This document shows, piece by piece, positions 42,501 through 51,225 of a stretch of DNA of 64,000 bases. The stretch is from a phage, in the sequence record PZ171033.1; one strand, 5' to 3'. Position 1 is the stretch's first letter. Each line of letters starts with the position of its first letter. The position numbers and the translations under genes were made by a program. Below the pieces are notes generated by a model that ran no database searches, was not told where the DNA came from, and saw only the letters and a list, made by a program, of their open reading frames with translations.

Positions 42501-42725
42501 GAGGGCTTTAAGTTCTGTCTCAGACTGTACACCAATAACCATTCCATACTGATTCAGAAGATCATACAGAAGTTTAAGGTTACCCAAGTTACAGTAAACA
42601 GTACGAACCACATGGTAAGCATTACCAAGCAGTGCATCTACCATTGGATCATTAGAACTGTTCTGACAGTAAGGATTGGACCAATCCTGACTTGCATCAA
42701 AGGGGGTATGTGCGTTCATCGCCAT
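39585..42725 (-). CDS. large tail protein (N4 gp65-like sheath/receptor-binding or tailspike)
   Basis: 1046 aa; repetitive beta-rich sequence typical of tail fibres/spikes; own terminator downstream. Confidence 0.55.
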   Translation of the reverse strand: MAMNAHTPFDASQDWSNPYCQNSSNDPMVDALLGNAYHVVRTVYCNLGNLKLLYDLLNQYGMVIGVQSETELKALTTNAKYARIYGFSRASDRQVTDYLYVEDDRTGIIPNDTTATGSWITVATSGSNSGDTSSGGGAYIPWVYANGSATGGETSINVPDGTVGVPFIVINGNMQYVGRGFEFNVDSLSVTLAQPLEEGDEVIILLTGTPAVPDNPNVNDWVQINWLYNGGYASGGEQVIQIPYIFQSIPAIYKNGARYYAGLSENSYTVDADNQRIMLTEPLATNDRLIITIGGESETLIMSDRTIQEVARSSNVKDTDVILSTNTTQYLNDKKIIYDVAAQKAYGLPPLPTNIYIGSVSNGKLTYNPGSITVDLVPLPGSVDELLNNKGVILTPEMFSNGTETNHTAVFKAMLAEAKAKGLSVSASGTYVLDAHPTDPIDIEVPADFSAATIICTTNDGNSENWNNTSILFRIPQESRDVTAQFASETFSRGKKSIDVTGLSGWLSFESTDVWLQRKANASAAGSPQYKIEVNETDQKGALSYNHYHSFTSAPTVSYKPFVKELTFKAPNIILDGAGIGWVIFCERNNVNILGNNVASKNNGFAMSFIEFNRCARSYITDYSLDANFPETYGGGYTVMLTQASSVTAERINSLSGWSGIDGNYYRGLTVRDSKLRSVGGHCGVSDVFIQGCTITNHCNGMGWGTWTALDCHHNLSLDKASEDFWSTKYDYNNSWDGKVIVKNLKVTLHSGCTGHSVVTAMEPKADHAMLGYCPDIFINNVEYDIANTNPNMDIRTINLGVSGGSNFEQYQVLPQFHTVDGVTFGGGSNRYLGNTNYRVVYNERNYTSITSAQMNAINRSGSRYIVKVSNIELERLGRINQDSLNAARVDGFKFTSYGTKQEIHIERSAHVIPCTSAWTDMTIAVSNQRMNKGFFDNAVTRTGNTSYNKITFTSCELFGVGGSGATYRSGLFDFVGCVFRWDSHSDKPIASPDTTMGTDFGSGVQVVGRIQSCVLGTTPASSTVDTTFKTRVLSGYTNAGVYIAS

Positions 42726-43426
42726 CCTCGTTGTTCAAATTTAGTTTCGGTAATTGAAATACTTCCATTAGCCAGGTCGTAATCAACAACCTCACCACAG
42801 ATGCTTTCATATGTTTGCAGATACTCTGCTGCTTTAGCGTTAGCTTCGGGAGTATTCAAACCAGTGTGGTAACGGTAACCCACCCAGTTATGAAGTGCCG
42901 TCATTAGCGTATCAGCTAAATCAACTTCCTGTTCTTCATCACCCGTAAGAACTGGGTGCTTAGCTTGATACGTTACGTTAAGTGCCTCAAAGTGTCGAGG
43001 TCGCATACACTGAATAGTATCAGGCCGTGGAGTGAAAATAGCACGAGGGTCTGAGTCGTCGTTCAGTCTACGTCGATTCCCAGAGTTATCAAACACATTT
43101 AGGATTTTAATAACATCATCCTGGAAAGGCTTCATGAACCCATCCATGATGTACGGATATTGAACCTCAAGGGTAGGCTTAGTAAATCTGGAGTAAGCAT
43201 ATTTGGATTGAAGAGGATAATCAGTACGACCTTCCTTCATCTCCACAATGCAGCTATTTGTCTTAAGAGGGAAACGACTATACAGTCGTACCAGTCCTTC
43301 ATTAATAGCTGCCAGTATCTCCGGCTTACTATCTGGTTCAATATCCAGTCTGTCATCCGTGACTGAACCAGTACCTTTTAAGGTACTTAGTGCCAAGCCA
43401 CGGTATACTTCCGATAATTTCTGCAT
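42716..43426 (-). CDS. virion/tail-associated protein
   Basis: 236-aa ORF between terminase and tail genes, overlapping stop/start. Confidence 0.45.
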   Translation of the reverse strand: MQKLSEVYRGLALSTLKGTGSVTDDRLDIEPDSKPEILAAINEGLVRLYSRFPLKTNSCIVEMKEGRTDYPLQSKYAYSRFTKPTLEVQYPYIMDGFMKPFQDDVIKILNVFDNSGNRRRLNDDSDPRAIFTPRPDTIQCMRPRHFEALNVTYQAKHPVLTGDEEQEVDLADTLMTALHNWVGYRYHTGLNTPEANAKAAEYLQTYESICGEVVDYDLANGSISITETKFEQRGWR

Positions 43427-43432
43427 GGTTCC

Positions 43433-45043
43433 TCACACAATGTATGAACGTAGTGGATTAACACTATCTTCTTCTTCCTCATCCCACATTGGGTCACCCT
43501 TGTTATCCACCAAAGTCATACCTGCTTGTGGTTTCCAAGGATTGAGATAACCCAGCATGGAGATAGTATCAATACAGTCATCCTTACCTTTAATCCCATT
43601 AATGGTAGCTAGTTTAATCTGGCCCATGAACAGACCCATAATAGTCGTATCTCTCAACTCTTCTGGGAAGTACATCTTACCAGCTTTGAACCATGGAACT
43701 ACCAGGTTAAAGCGTGACAGTTTAGAGGTTACAGGACGGATGCCTGGCTTACCACCCTCAGAGGATGCAAAGTTAAAGAAGACATTACGGTTAATCATTT
43801 CTTTCTGAAGGAGTGAGATAAATCCATTTTGTTGTCCTGTAATTTCGACACCAACGTTTTGTGGTTGGTATTCCTGAACCAGACGGAAGAGGTCGTCAAA
43901 GTTCTTATCCATAAGCTGACGATTAGCCACACCATCAACCCAGAACCAATCTCCATTAGAACTATAAGCCCAAACTGATATGACACTGTAGTCACTGGTC
44001 TGTTTCTCCGAAGTAGCAAAGTCAGTTGTAATATAATAGTTGTAGCAGGACTTCATCCTTAACAGTTGCTGTCTGCTGTACCATTTAATCTCACTATCCT
44101 GAACAAGGCGTTCATCTTCAGAACTAATACGAAGCATAAGTTCCTGGTAGAAGCCAGCCAGCTTACCAGTCTTAACTGCCATGTCATATTGGGCTTTGAT
44201 GTAGTCGTAGGAGAAACGGTCATCCCATGCACCCTGAAATTCTTCTCTACTACAGGGGAACTTCTCACATACAGGCCATACGTTTACATCCCATGCACCA
44301 GACTCTACTGCTTCAATGATAATGTCTTCCTTATTAAAGGGAGTACCATTGAAGATTACTTTACGACGAGTAGGGTCAAGAGCATGGTTCACACCTTTAT
44401 AAACAGTATCTTTAATAGCTTCCATGCTAGTCTTAGAGTTAGCATCACCATCACTAATCAAGTCATCCAGTACACAGAGTGTTGGACGTTTACCATATAT
44501 CTTCGTACCACGAAGACCTGTCTTAGCACCAAACAACTTAACACCAAGTCGATGTCCTTCTACATTACGGAACTCCAGTAGGTTATCCGTAAAGGTAGCT
44601 TCAGGTATCCATTGCTGAAGGAACTCACTATTCTTGTAACGAAATTCAATGTTCTTACGTGCAGACTTAGCACCGTTATCCATTGAGTCAGATACGTAAA
44701 TCATTCCTTCTACTTTACCCAGGCTAGGTAAGTGACCAAACACTGCCAGAAACAAAGTAAAGTATTCCATGAATACAGCAGTCTTACCTGCACCACGGAA
44801 GCACAGGTTAACTACATACTGGTTCGGACTAATCATCTTATCCAGCATCTTCAGGTGAACTGGAGGTGTTTTGTTGGATTCACCTTCTTTGCCATTAACC
44901 AACTTAATAAAGTTGGCAAAGGTAAGAGCAAACTGACTAGGAACATAGTTAGATGAATTAAGGTGGGAGTAATCCACCTGGTCCAGCCATTCATCTAGTT
45001 CCTGTTTAATTAACTCAGACATCTGTAATGTCCTCATCTGCAC
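43433..45043 (-). CDS. terminase large subunit
   Basis: Walker A FRGAGKTAV, Walker B-like LCVLDDLISD, C-terminal nuclease-type acidic residues; 536 aa. Confidence 0.85.
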   Translation of the reverse strand: MQMRTLQMSELIKQELDEWLDQVDYSHLNSSNYVPSQFALTFANFIKLVNGKEGESNKTPPVHLKMLDKMISPNQYVVNLCFRGAGKTAVFMEYFTLFLAVFGHLPSLGKVEGMIYVSDSMDNGAKSARKNIEFRYKNSEFLQQWIPEATFTDNLLEFRNVEGHRLGVKLFGAKTGLRGTKIYGKRPTLCVLDDLISDGDANSKTSMEAIKDTVYKGVNHALDPTRRKVIFNGTPFNKEDIIIEAVESGAWDVNVWPVCEKFPCSREEFQGAWDDRFSYDYIKAQYDMAVKTGKLAGFYQELMLRISSEDERLVQDSEIKWYSRQQLLRMKSCYNYYITTDFATSEKQTSDYSVISVWAYSSNGDWFWVDGVANRQLMDKNFDDLFRLVQEYQPQNVGVEITGQQNGFISLLQKEMINRNVFFNFASSEGGKPGIRPVTSKLSRFNLVVPWFKAGKMYFPEELRDTTIMGLFMGQIKLATINGIKGKDDCIDTISMLGYLNPWKPQAGMTLVDNKGDPMWDEEEEDSVNPLRSYIV

Positions 45044-45704
45044 GAACTAGTTTAGAACCAGCAACCTCTTTGGTAGGTACACCACTATTGATTGCATTGA
45101 TTTGCTGCTCAGCTAATGCAGCAAGTGTTGCCTTGAGGTCAGTTAATCCAGAGTTCTCTCTCAAGTCCAGATTGATATTTGTTACCTGGTCTTTCGGTTT
45201 AGCTAAGTGAGTAAGGATAGAGTTAGCTGCATCACATCTTACTTTCTCACTCGCTGCTGTAGTCATTAGTTCAACCTGAACGTTGATAGCCTTCTGATAA
45301 TTATCTTGGTTCACAATCCACACTGGAACCAAACTTTGTTCCATGATGAGGTTAACTAGCTTACCCCTGTGGTAAGCAGATACATAAGCACTAATATCTT
45401 TCTCACTGGTTCCTCGTGCTACGAGTTCTGCTTGTCGGTTGGGGAATGTCTTGAAGTAGGCTTCCTTATTTGAGTAGCCCATGTGCTTGTAAGTCACATA
45501 CTGAACTGCATTCATGTAGTCCTGTGTCTTAAACTTACCTTCCTTCATTACACCAGAGTAGGAGATAAAGTTTTCACGGAAGGACTCAGCAACCAGTTGG
45601 TCTTGGGTTATGTTGTTAATCGTGTCTACCAACTCCTGGGTCACACTGTTTTTGAAGTTAGCAGGTAGTGCATTAATAATCTGCTGCTTAGTTAGTTCAC
45701 TCAT
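45015..45704 (-). CDS. putative terminase small subunit / first gene of late operon
   Basis: 229 aa, overlaps terminase large start; call by position. Confidence 0.4.
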   Translation of the reverse strand: MSELTKQQIINALPANFKNSVTQELVDTINNITQDQLVAESFRENFISYSGVMKEGKFKTQDYMNAVQYVTYKHMGYSNKEAYFKTFPNRQAELVARGTSEKDISAYVSAYHRGKLVNLIMEQSLVPVWIVNQDNYQKAINVQVELMTTAASEKVRCDAANSILTHLAKPKDQVTNINLDLRENSGLTDLKATLAALAEQQINAINSGVPTKEVAGSKLVRADEDITDV

Positions 45705-45875
45705 ACTTATCTCGCTACAAAGTTATGTCTATTAAAGAAGATTCTTTTCTTGGGGTGAGTTACCCCTTGAAGAAACGATACCATACAGTTACACTTTAGT
45801 CATGATATAGAAAAAGTTCATGATACTAAATAGTATGTAATGTTCCGATGACCCTATTCCCAAAAGGAGTAACAT

Positions 45876-46166
45876 TTGAGAATCTATATGAGAGTCCATG
45901 ACTCTAAAGATGAATACGCAGAGGTAGACCACACCGAAGCTGGTATTCTTTCAGATGATATTATCATCACACATGATGAAGATACCTATCATGAATTAGC
46001 TGGGATGATGCTTTTAGAGAATCGTCCGGGCATTAACATCCTGGAACCAAGAGAAACTTACTCTTTAGAAAAACGTTTTTCAGCTCTCGTGTTCTTCACA
46101 AAATTACCTCATAGTGTCTCCGTCAGGCGAAGCAAAGACAGTGTTCGGATGACGGTGACGATGTGA
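45876..46166 (+). CDS. early protein, paralog family member 1
   Basis: Shares core IIITHDEDTYHELAGMMLLENRPGINILEP with neighbouring ORFs. Confidence 0.55.
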   Translation: MRIYMRVHDSKDEYAEVDHTEAGILSDDIIITHDEDTYHELAGMMLLENRPGINILEPRETYSLEKRFSALVFFTKLPHSVSVRRSKDSVRMTVTM

Positions 46167-46317
46167 TTAGTCATGCCGCCTAGTAGACAGTGGCGGTACT
46201 CGTAAAGAGTTAATAACTTCTACAGTCAGGGTTGCCCGGCTCCTTTCCTACCTAGTAGGCTAACGATACACATGTATCTAGGGTGATGAACTGGCCCGTG
46301 ATAGAAAACGGTAAGGG

Positions 46318-46357
46318 GTAGAGTCGAGAGGCTCTACCCCATTTCTTTTTTAGGAGG
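46318..46357 (+). terminator. rho-independent terminator
   Basis: 9-bp stem GGGGTAGAG/CTCTACCCC then ATTTCTTTTTT. Confidence 0.7.
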
Positions 46358-46366
46358 TATGCAAAT

Positions 46367-46762
46367 ATGAGCATCTACGCTTTTGATATTGATATTACCG
46401 GTGTACTTCGTAAGCAGGAACCCTACTACCTAGGGGAACCAGAGATGGTAAGTAAGTTCTTATCTAAACATGCAGTCTTCCTACCAGACTGTGAAGAATC
46501 CCATGAGATAGTTGGTTCATTCTTCTTAAGTAACCTGCAAATCAATACACGTATACTTACTGAACCAGTTGTGTATGACCTTACTGAGTATGCAGACTTC
46601 GAAACATTCTTCCCAGGAGTTAGGTTCTATAAAGTACCTGGCTGGGAAATGATTGTTGAACATAACCTCTTTAATAAAACACTTTCCATTTACTTCAGAC
46701 CTATCCCTAAAGGAAGGAAAATCCATCATGAAATTCATACTGACCGCCCCCAGTTTTATTAA
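46367..46762 (+). CDS. early protein, paralog family member 2
   Basis: Core AVFLPDCEESHEIVGSFFLSNLQINTRILTEP; strong RBS AGGAGG; preceded by terminator. Confidence 0.6.
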   Translation: MSIYAFDIDITGVLRKQEPYYLGEPEMVSKFLSKHAVFLPDCEESHEIVGSFFLSNLQINTRILTEPVVYDLTEYADFETFFPGVRFYKVPGWEMIVEHNLFNKTLSIYFRPIPKGRKIHHEIHTDRPQFY

Positions 46763-47042
46763 AGGGGAATCCTTATACACAACAGACTTTACTTTAGAAG
46801 AAGTCATAGACAGCAACCCTCAGCATGTAATTCTGGTTCCTACCCTAGAGGACTACCATGAAGTAAGGGGTCAACTCTTCTTAGCAGGTAATGATCGTAA
46901 GGTTGTGTGTATCATTCCTCCTTCTGTCTATACCAATAGTGGTGCGTATGATGCTCTACCTTTTATGTTGGTATCCGAGGACTACCAATGGGATAGTCGC
47001 TACGAGAATGAGGAATACCGCTACTACTATGTAAGGAAGTAA
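46728..47042 (+). CDS. early protein, paralog family member 3
   Basis: Core HVILVPTLEDYHEVRGQLFLAGNDRKVVCIIPP; internal ATG start chosen over track start 46653. Confidence 0.55.
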   Translation: MKFILTAPSFIKGESLYTTDFTLEEVIDSNPQHVILVPTLEDYHEVRGQLFLAGNDRKVVCIIPPSVYTNSGAYDALPFMLVSEDYQWDSRYENEEYRYYYVRK

Positions 47043-47045
47043 GAT

Positions 47046-47363
47046 ATGCACTTCTATGGTTTGAGCTATCGTAGTACCAACCCCCTTAATCTGGGGGTAG
47101 GTAAATCCCATTGGATGAGAATAAGCACGCCTATGACCATGTACTACGAACAATGTGAAAAAGCGGATGAGTTCATCGGAACCTGTCTATTATTAGGCGT
47201 ACCTATTACCTTTATTAAAATAGATACTTCCATTGAAGTTCCAGAGAATGTAGTTGTATACATCTACTCTTCCTGTGAACCTCTGATAGAAACTACCCTT
47301 ACGGGTAGACTTATTACCCTCTACCCTTCTACCTCATATTTATCTAGCGACGAGAGTCTCTAA
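47046..47363 (+). CDS. early protein, divergent paralog family member 4
   Basis: Same size class and tandem position; weaker core match (EQCEKADEFIGTCLLLG). Confidence 0.45.
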   Translation: MHFYGLSYRSTNPLNLGVGKSHWMRISTPMTMYYEQCEKADEFIGTCLLLGVPITFIKIDTSIEVPENVVVYIYSSCEPLIETTLTGRLITLYPSTSYLSSDESL

Positions 47364-47647
47364 TGGTTATCAGTAAAATTTATCCAGAGCCTAATGAGGA
47401 AAATTACATCCTCCATAAAGAAATAGCTGACCCGAATGCTGATGTACTTATCCTGGTTCCAGATGAACAGTCTCTACATGTGATACAAGGATTACTCTTC
47501 CTATACAATAAGAATTCGGTAGTACATCTACTTGAACCAGAAACACCTATGTCCTGGCAGGGTAGCTTTAGTCCTTGGCATCTTAATACAGACAAGTACA
47601 TCCTTTCATTCGAGGGTAACACTCCCATCTATAAGGAAAGGAACTAA
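47363..47647 (+). CDS. early protein, paralog family member 5
   Basis: Core DVLILVPDEQSLHVIQGLLFLYNKNSVVHLLEP. Confidence 0.55.
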   Translation: MVISKIYPEPNEENYILHKEIADPNADVLILVPDEQSLHVIQGLLFLYNKNSVVHLLEPETPMSWQGSFSPWHLNTDKYILSFEGNTPIYKERN

Positions 47648-47650
47648 AAC

Positions 47651-47989
47651 ATGAACGTTAAGCTCTTGGGAATGAGTGGTACTGACTTACTGCATTATTC
47701 CTCTGTACCAGAAAAAGCAATCATCCATATTATGACCTATGGGAGTTCTACACTAATAATGGAACCAGGAGAGTTAGCAGACTTTGCACAGGGGCATAAA
47801 CTTATTACTAACAGTAATGCAGAGATAGTTATCCTGCAAAACGGTGAGTCAGTCTCCATACCATTGGGAGATTATGCTCATGTGTTTATCAAAGATGCTA
47901 CCGTAAGGAATAGTAGTGGTAACCCTAACCATCCTGACTATTACTCTGGCATAGCACGTATCATCACCAGAACCTCCCCTCCTATTTAA
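47651..47989 (+). CDS. early protein, possible divergent paralog 6
   Basis: Tandem position, similar size; weak core match (ELADFAQGHKLITNSNAEIVIL). Confidence 0.45.
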   Translation: MNVKLLGMSGTDLLHYSSVPEKAIIHIMTYGSSTLIMEPGELADFAQGHKLITNSNAEIVILQNGESVSIPLGDYAHVFIKDATVRNSSGNPNHPDYYSGIARIITRTSPPI

Positions 47990-48148
47990 CTGCTTATAAG
48001 TGAGATAGCTATGATATTTTTGCATGTCAAAATGTTGATAGCTATGTATGGCTACAGTGGTGTGGCTGGGGCTACACCCTTACACTCAACCATCCCCCCC
48101 GGTATGTTGACCGTGTAGCCACTACCCTACCCCACCTTACACGTTACA

Positions 48149-48161
48149 CATGCTCCGCATG
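48149..48161 (+). promoter_or_regulatory. vRNAP-promoter-like hairpin (5-bp stem, 3-nt loop)
   Basis: CATGC-TCC-GCATG; template strand reads GCGGAGC; 44 nt upstream of ORF 48205. Confidence 0.45.
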
Positions 48162-48204
48162 TTATGGACATGTCGTCCTATCATCAACTATTGGAGCTAT
48201 CATC

Positions 48205-48528
48205 ATGACCACTACCGCTACTGTACGTATGACTGCAGGAACTTTACTTGGTACTGTTAACTCAGCTGCTACTACTGTTGCAGATACATTTGGTACAGCA
48301 ACTAAAGCAGTAGGTATGCTTAATTCATATGTAAGTACTATGGCAGAGAAACAAGCCATCCGTACTAAATTAGAAATGCATACCTTTGTTAATAAACTGG
48401 CAGAGGAAACAGCTATGACTGAGACTCTGCGTAAGAAAAGTATCGAGGAATTCTGCAAGGATTCAGAGAACGCTCGTATCTATAACGCAGAATATTCCAA
48501 AGTAATTGACATCCTGACTAAAGACTAA
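48205..48528 (+). CDS. hypothetical early protein
   Basis: ORF with GGAG RBS, downstream of promoter-like hairpin 48149-48161; terminator follows. Confidence 0.5.
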   Translation: MTTTATVRMTAGTLLGTVNSAATTVADTFGTATKAVGMLNSYVSTMAEKQAIRTKLEMHTFVNKLAEETAMTETLRKKSIEEFCKDSENARIYNAEYSKVIDILTKD

Positions 48529-48535
48529 GTCACAT

Positions 48536-48562
48536 AGGAGACTCTTCGGAGTCTCCTGTTTT
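48536..48562 (+). terminator. rho-independent terminator
   Basis: AGGAGACTC-TTCG-GAGTCTCCT then GTTTT. Confidence 0.65.
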
Positions 48563-48637
48563 GAACATTAGATAGATAGTCAAAAGTAGATAACTATCTA
48601 CTTTAAGTTAACTAACTCGCACTATCTTTAAAAGAAA

Positions 48638-48650
48638 GACGCTCCGCGTC
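48638..48650 (+). promoter_or_regulatory. vRNAP-promoter-like hairpin (5-bp stem, 3-nt loop)
   Basis: GACGC-TCC-GCGTC; same GCTCCGC core; upstream of ORF 48762. Confidence 0.45.
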
Positions 48651-48761
48651 TAAAGGATAAGAATGAATCCACTTCTTATCGAAATCTTAAGTCTTTTCTT
48701 GGGTTTAGTCACCGACAGACAAACCCATAAATCAAAAAATCATTTATCTGGAGAGTACAAA

Positions 48762-49142
48762 ATGTCTATTCAAAAATTCACTTTCGGTCAATCTAACACT
48801 GCTGCTTCTACTGCTAAAGCTGATAAACCAAAAGCTCAGTTCTGGCTGAACATTGGTTATGTGGCTAATGAAGGCTCTGATGATGAGAAATTCATCTCAC
48901 TGCCTACTGGTATTCCATTGGATACTCAGGAACCGCTGCCTACTAACAGCAGCAATGCTGACTTCCGTGCTATGCGTTGTGCACAGAACGATTTGCTGGA
49001 ACAGTTAATCGAATATGCTCAGAACCTGGAACCAGGTGAAGAGGGTATCATTAACCTGCAAGTTCAACTTCGTCGTGTGAAAGCAGAGGCTGCTGACATC
49101 CCAGCAGACGAGAATAAATATGCTCGTAAACTGACTTTCTAA
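48762..49142 (+). CDS. hypothetical early protein (possible N4 gp2-like ssDNA-binding activator; speculative)
   Basis: Internal ATG with GGAGAG RBS preferred over track start 48663; flanked by promoter-like hairpin and strong terminator. Confidence 0.45.
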   Translation: MSIQKFTFGQSNTAASTAKADKPKAQFWLNIGYVANEGSDDEKFISLPTGIPLDTQEPLPTNSSNADFRAMRCAQNDLLEQLIEYAQNLEPGEEGIINLQVQLRRVKAEAADIPADENKYARKLTF

Positions 49143-49152
49143 TCAACCAATA

Positions 49153-49180
49153 GACTCCCTTCAGGGAGTCTTTTATTTTT
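49153..49180 (+). terminator. rho-independent terminator
   Basis: AGACTCCC-TTCA-GGGAGTCT then TTTTATTTTT. Confidence 0.7.
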
Positions 49181-49285
49181 AACTAGACGATAAGCTATTT
49201 CTACTTTTTGAGTATCTTTAGACGAAGGGTACTGAAACAGTAACCAGATAGATATAGATTTATATTAGATGAAGGAGTAACCATT

Positions 49286-49582
49286 ATGCGTACAATTTGT
49301 AACCGTTATAACTCACAGAAGTTGATTGAAATGTTACAACCTTGGGGTAGTAAGATGGCACTGAATGCACGTTGGCAGGTATCTGTAGAAGGTGCAAATG
49401 GTCAGTGTTATGACCACTTCTTTGTAGCTAAGCCTACTCGTAAACAAATCCGTAAACTCCATAAAGTACGTAAGCATTACTTACTAAGCAAATGCTACGA
49501 ATGCGGAAAAAGGATAGAACTGGGTAAAGAATTTACCTGGGATGGCTTAAACTATGCACACACTGACTGCCTGAAAGGATAA
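49286..49582 (+). CDS. hypothetical protein with Cys/His cluster
   Basis: C-terminal CYECGKRIELGKEFTWDGLNYAHTDC; GAAGGAG RBS. Confidence 0.5.
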   Translation: MRTICNRYNSQKLIEMLQPWGSKMALNARWQVSVEGANGQCYDHFFVAKPTRKQIRKLHKVRKHYLLSKCYECGKRIELGKEFTWDGLNYAHTDCLKG

Positions 49583-49586
49583 GACT

Positions 49587-49805
49587 ATGTTGGACTTCAT
49601 TGCGTTTGTAATACTCTGTTATGTGCTGTATCGCCTGCGTGGTTACATTCTCAATGGAGCCAAGTGGGTAAGAACTAAGCTGGTACTTATCTGTAAGTTA
49701 CCAGTTGTATTCGTTAAGTGTCTGTTTGCTTCCATAGTAGCTAAAGAAGTTCGTAAGCAACTCTGGGCTAAAGAAGCAGAAGAGTTTGCAAAGAGGAACC
49801 AGTGA
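49587..49805 (+). CDS. small membrane protein
   Basis: Hydrophobic N-terminus FIAFVILCYVLY. Confidence 0.4.
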   Translation: MLDFIAFVILCYVLYRLRGYILNGAKWVRTKLVLICKLPVVFVKCLFASIVAKEVRKQLWAKEAEEFAKRNQ

Positions 49806-49967
49806 TATTCACTAACATTGAGGATGCCATTGAAGAATGTATCTTCCGTAGATATCACACTGGAGTACAGAAAAGACACTATGGTGTTGTACAGCTCAAT
49901 GGCTATCAAATGGCTGTAAGAATTGTACGTAACAATAAACCTTTTAACTTTATGTGGAGTACTAAAC

Positions 49968-50150
49968 ATGCGTAAGTCATTAATCATGGGAACCAGAGAA
50001 GATGTGTCACGTTTACGTAATCGTAATGCAGCAAGCAAACGGGCACTCAGCATGACCAATGAACAACTGAAAGAATTCATTGATTCAGGACTTAAGCAAA
50101 GTAAAGCTCGTATCGTAACCTTTAATCACCCTGCAATCTTAGGAGAATAA
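49968..50150 (+). CDS. hypothetical small protein
   Basis: ATG with GGAG 7 nt upstream; shorter than track ORF 49923. Confidence 0.4.
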   Translation: MRKSLIMGTREDVSRLRNRNAASKRALSMTNEQLKEFIDSGLKQSKARIVTFNHPAILGE

Positions 50151-50151
50151 A

Positions 50152-50367
50152 ATGTATTTCACTATCTTAATCACCTTAACCTACTTAAGCGTATGGCTTA
50201 CCTCAGAAGCAGCTAATATCACTAAAATGTTTCGTATTAAAGGAGATGTCAGGGGATTTGCTGTATTCGGGTATGTCACTGTACTAAGTAAGGGAGCCAG
50301 TGTTGGATATGTAATATGGTACATTTGGTACTGCTTCGGTGATTTACTTACGAATCTGTTCAAATGA
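50152..50367 (+). CDS. small membrane protein
   Basis: Two hydrophobic segments; terminator downstream. Confidence 0.4.
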   Translation: MYFTILITLTYLSVWLTSEAANITKMFRIKGDVRGFAVFGYVTVLSKGASVGYVIWYIWYCFGDLLTNLFK

Positions 50368-50430
50368 ACTGGCCTATCTCAATAATCATGCTTGCACTGT
50401 TAACCTATGGTGCATTAGTAGAACTGGGAG

Positions 50431-50462
50431 TCCTCCATTAGGGGGACTTCTATTTTTTATTT
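50431..50462 (+). terminator. rho-independent terminator
   Basis: GTCCTCC-ATTA-GGGGGAC (imperfect) then TTCTATTTTTTATTT. Confidence 0.55.
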
Positions 50463-50487
50463 AGATAAATAGACTCAGGAGATAACC

Positions 50488-50706
50488 ATGCAACAAGAAC
50501 ATATCGAATCATTAGAGTATATGTGCCGTATGTACGGTGTTTATGAAGTAGCTAAAACAATAAAGAATTATGCTAAGAAAACCAGTAAAGAGTATAAGAA
50601 AGCTGGTAATGAAGGTGCAATAATCCACCAGGATGCTGAAATCTTAGATACTGCATGCAATGCAATGGCTATTGCCCATCCACTAAGGAGTAAAGATGTT
50701 AAATGA
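50488..50706 (+). CDS. hypothetical protein
   Basis: ORF with GGAG RBS after terminator. Confidence 0.45.
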   Translation: MQQEHIESLEYMCRMYGVYEVAKTIKNYAKKTSKEYKKAGNEGAIIHQDAEILDTACNAMAIAHPLRSKDVK

Positions 50707-51007
50707 AATTGTTTGTATACTTCCTCATTCAGCTAAGATAGCTGACCGGAATATACGTATACACTTACCATTCCCATTAAGCAATCCATTCACTCGTAAT
50801 GAAAGAACCACAGTAGAAGATGTAGAGGTAGCTTATGAAGCTTACCTTCGTAATCGTCTTATTAGTGGTGACAAGTTAATTACAGCAGAGATGGAAAGGA
50901 TTGCATCCTTTGTAACAGATAGTACAGGTAAGCCTGTTGGCTTAATTGGTACTGAATCTGATGTTAACGTTATTCGTAAAATATTAATGGAGGCTTTAAG
51001 CCAATGA
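50696..51007 (+). CDS. hypothetical protein
   Basis: Translationally coupled ORF. Confidence 0.45.
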   Translation: MLNEIVCILPHSAKIADRNIRIHLPFPLSNPFTRNERTTVEDVEVAYEAYLRNRLISGDKLITAEMERIASFVTDSTGKPVGLIGTESDVNVIRKILMEALSQ

Positions 51008-51225
51008 TGTACACGAGCGATTATGGTATTTGCCCAGTCTGTAAGAAAGGACGTGGAGTTGCCAATCATAAACGTTGTAGTCGTATATTACAGAAACAAC
51101 GGAACCAGGAAGAATGGGATAAGTTGTTAAATAATCAGCACAAAGAAGAAAATCAACAGATGGCTGTTAAAGCATCTACTCAACGTATTCGCCGTATTAA
51201 CTATATACAAGGATACCAAAAGTGA
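51004..51225 (+). CDS. small zinc-ribbon-like protein
   Basis: CPVCKKGRG...HKRC motif. Confidence 0.4.
   Translation: MMYTSDYGICPVCKKGRGVANHKRCSRILQKQRNQEEWDKLLNNQHKEENQQMAVKASTQRIRRINYIQGYQK

Noticed and set aside
48663-48761. Long N-terminal extension ([14 protein letters not shown]...) of ORF 48663-49142
   Set aside because: No ribosome-binding site; the internal ATG at 48762 has a GGAGAG RBS and follows the promoter-like hairpin; the extension is probably untranslated leader.
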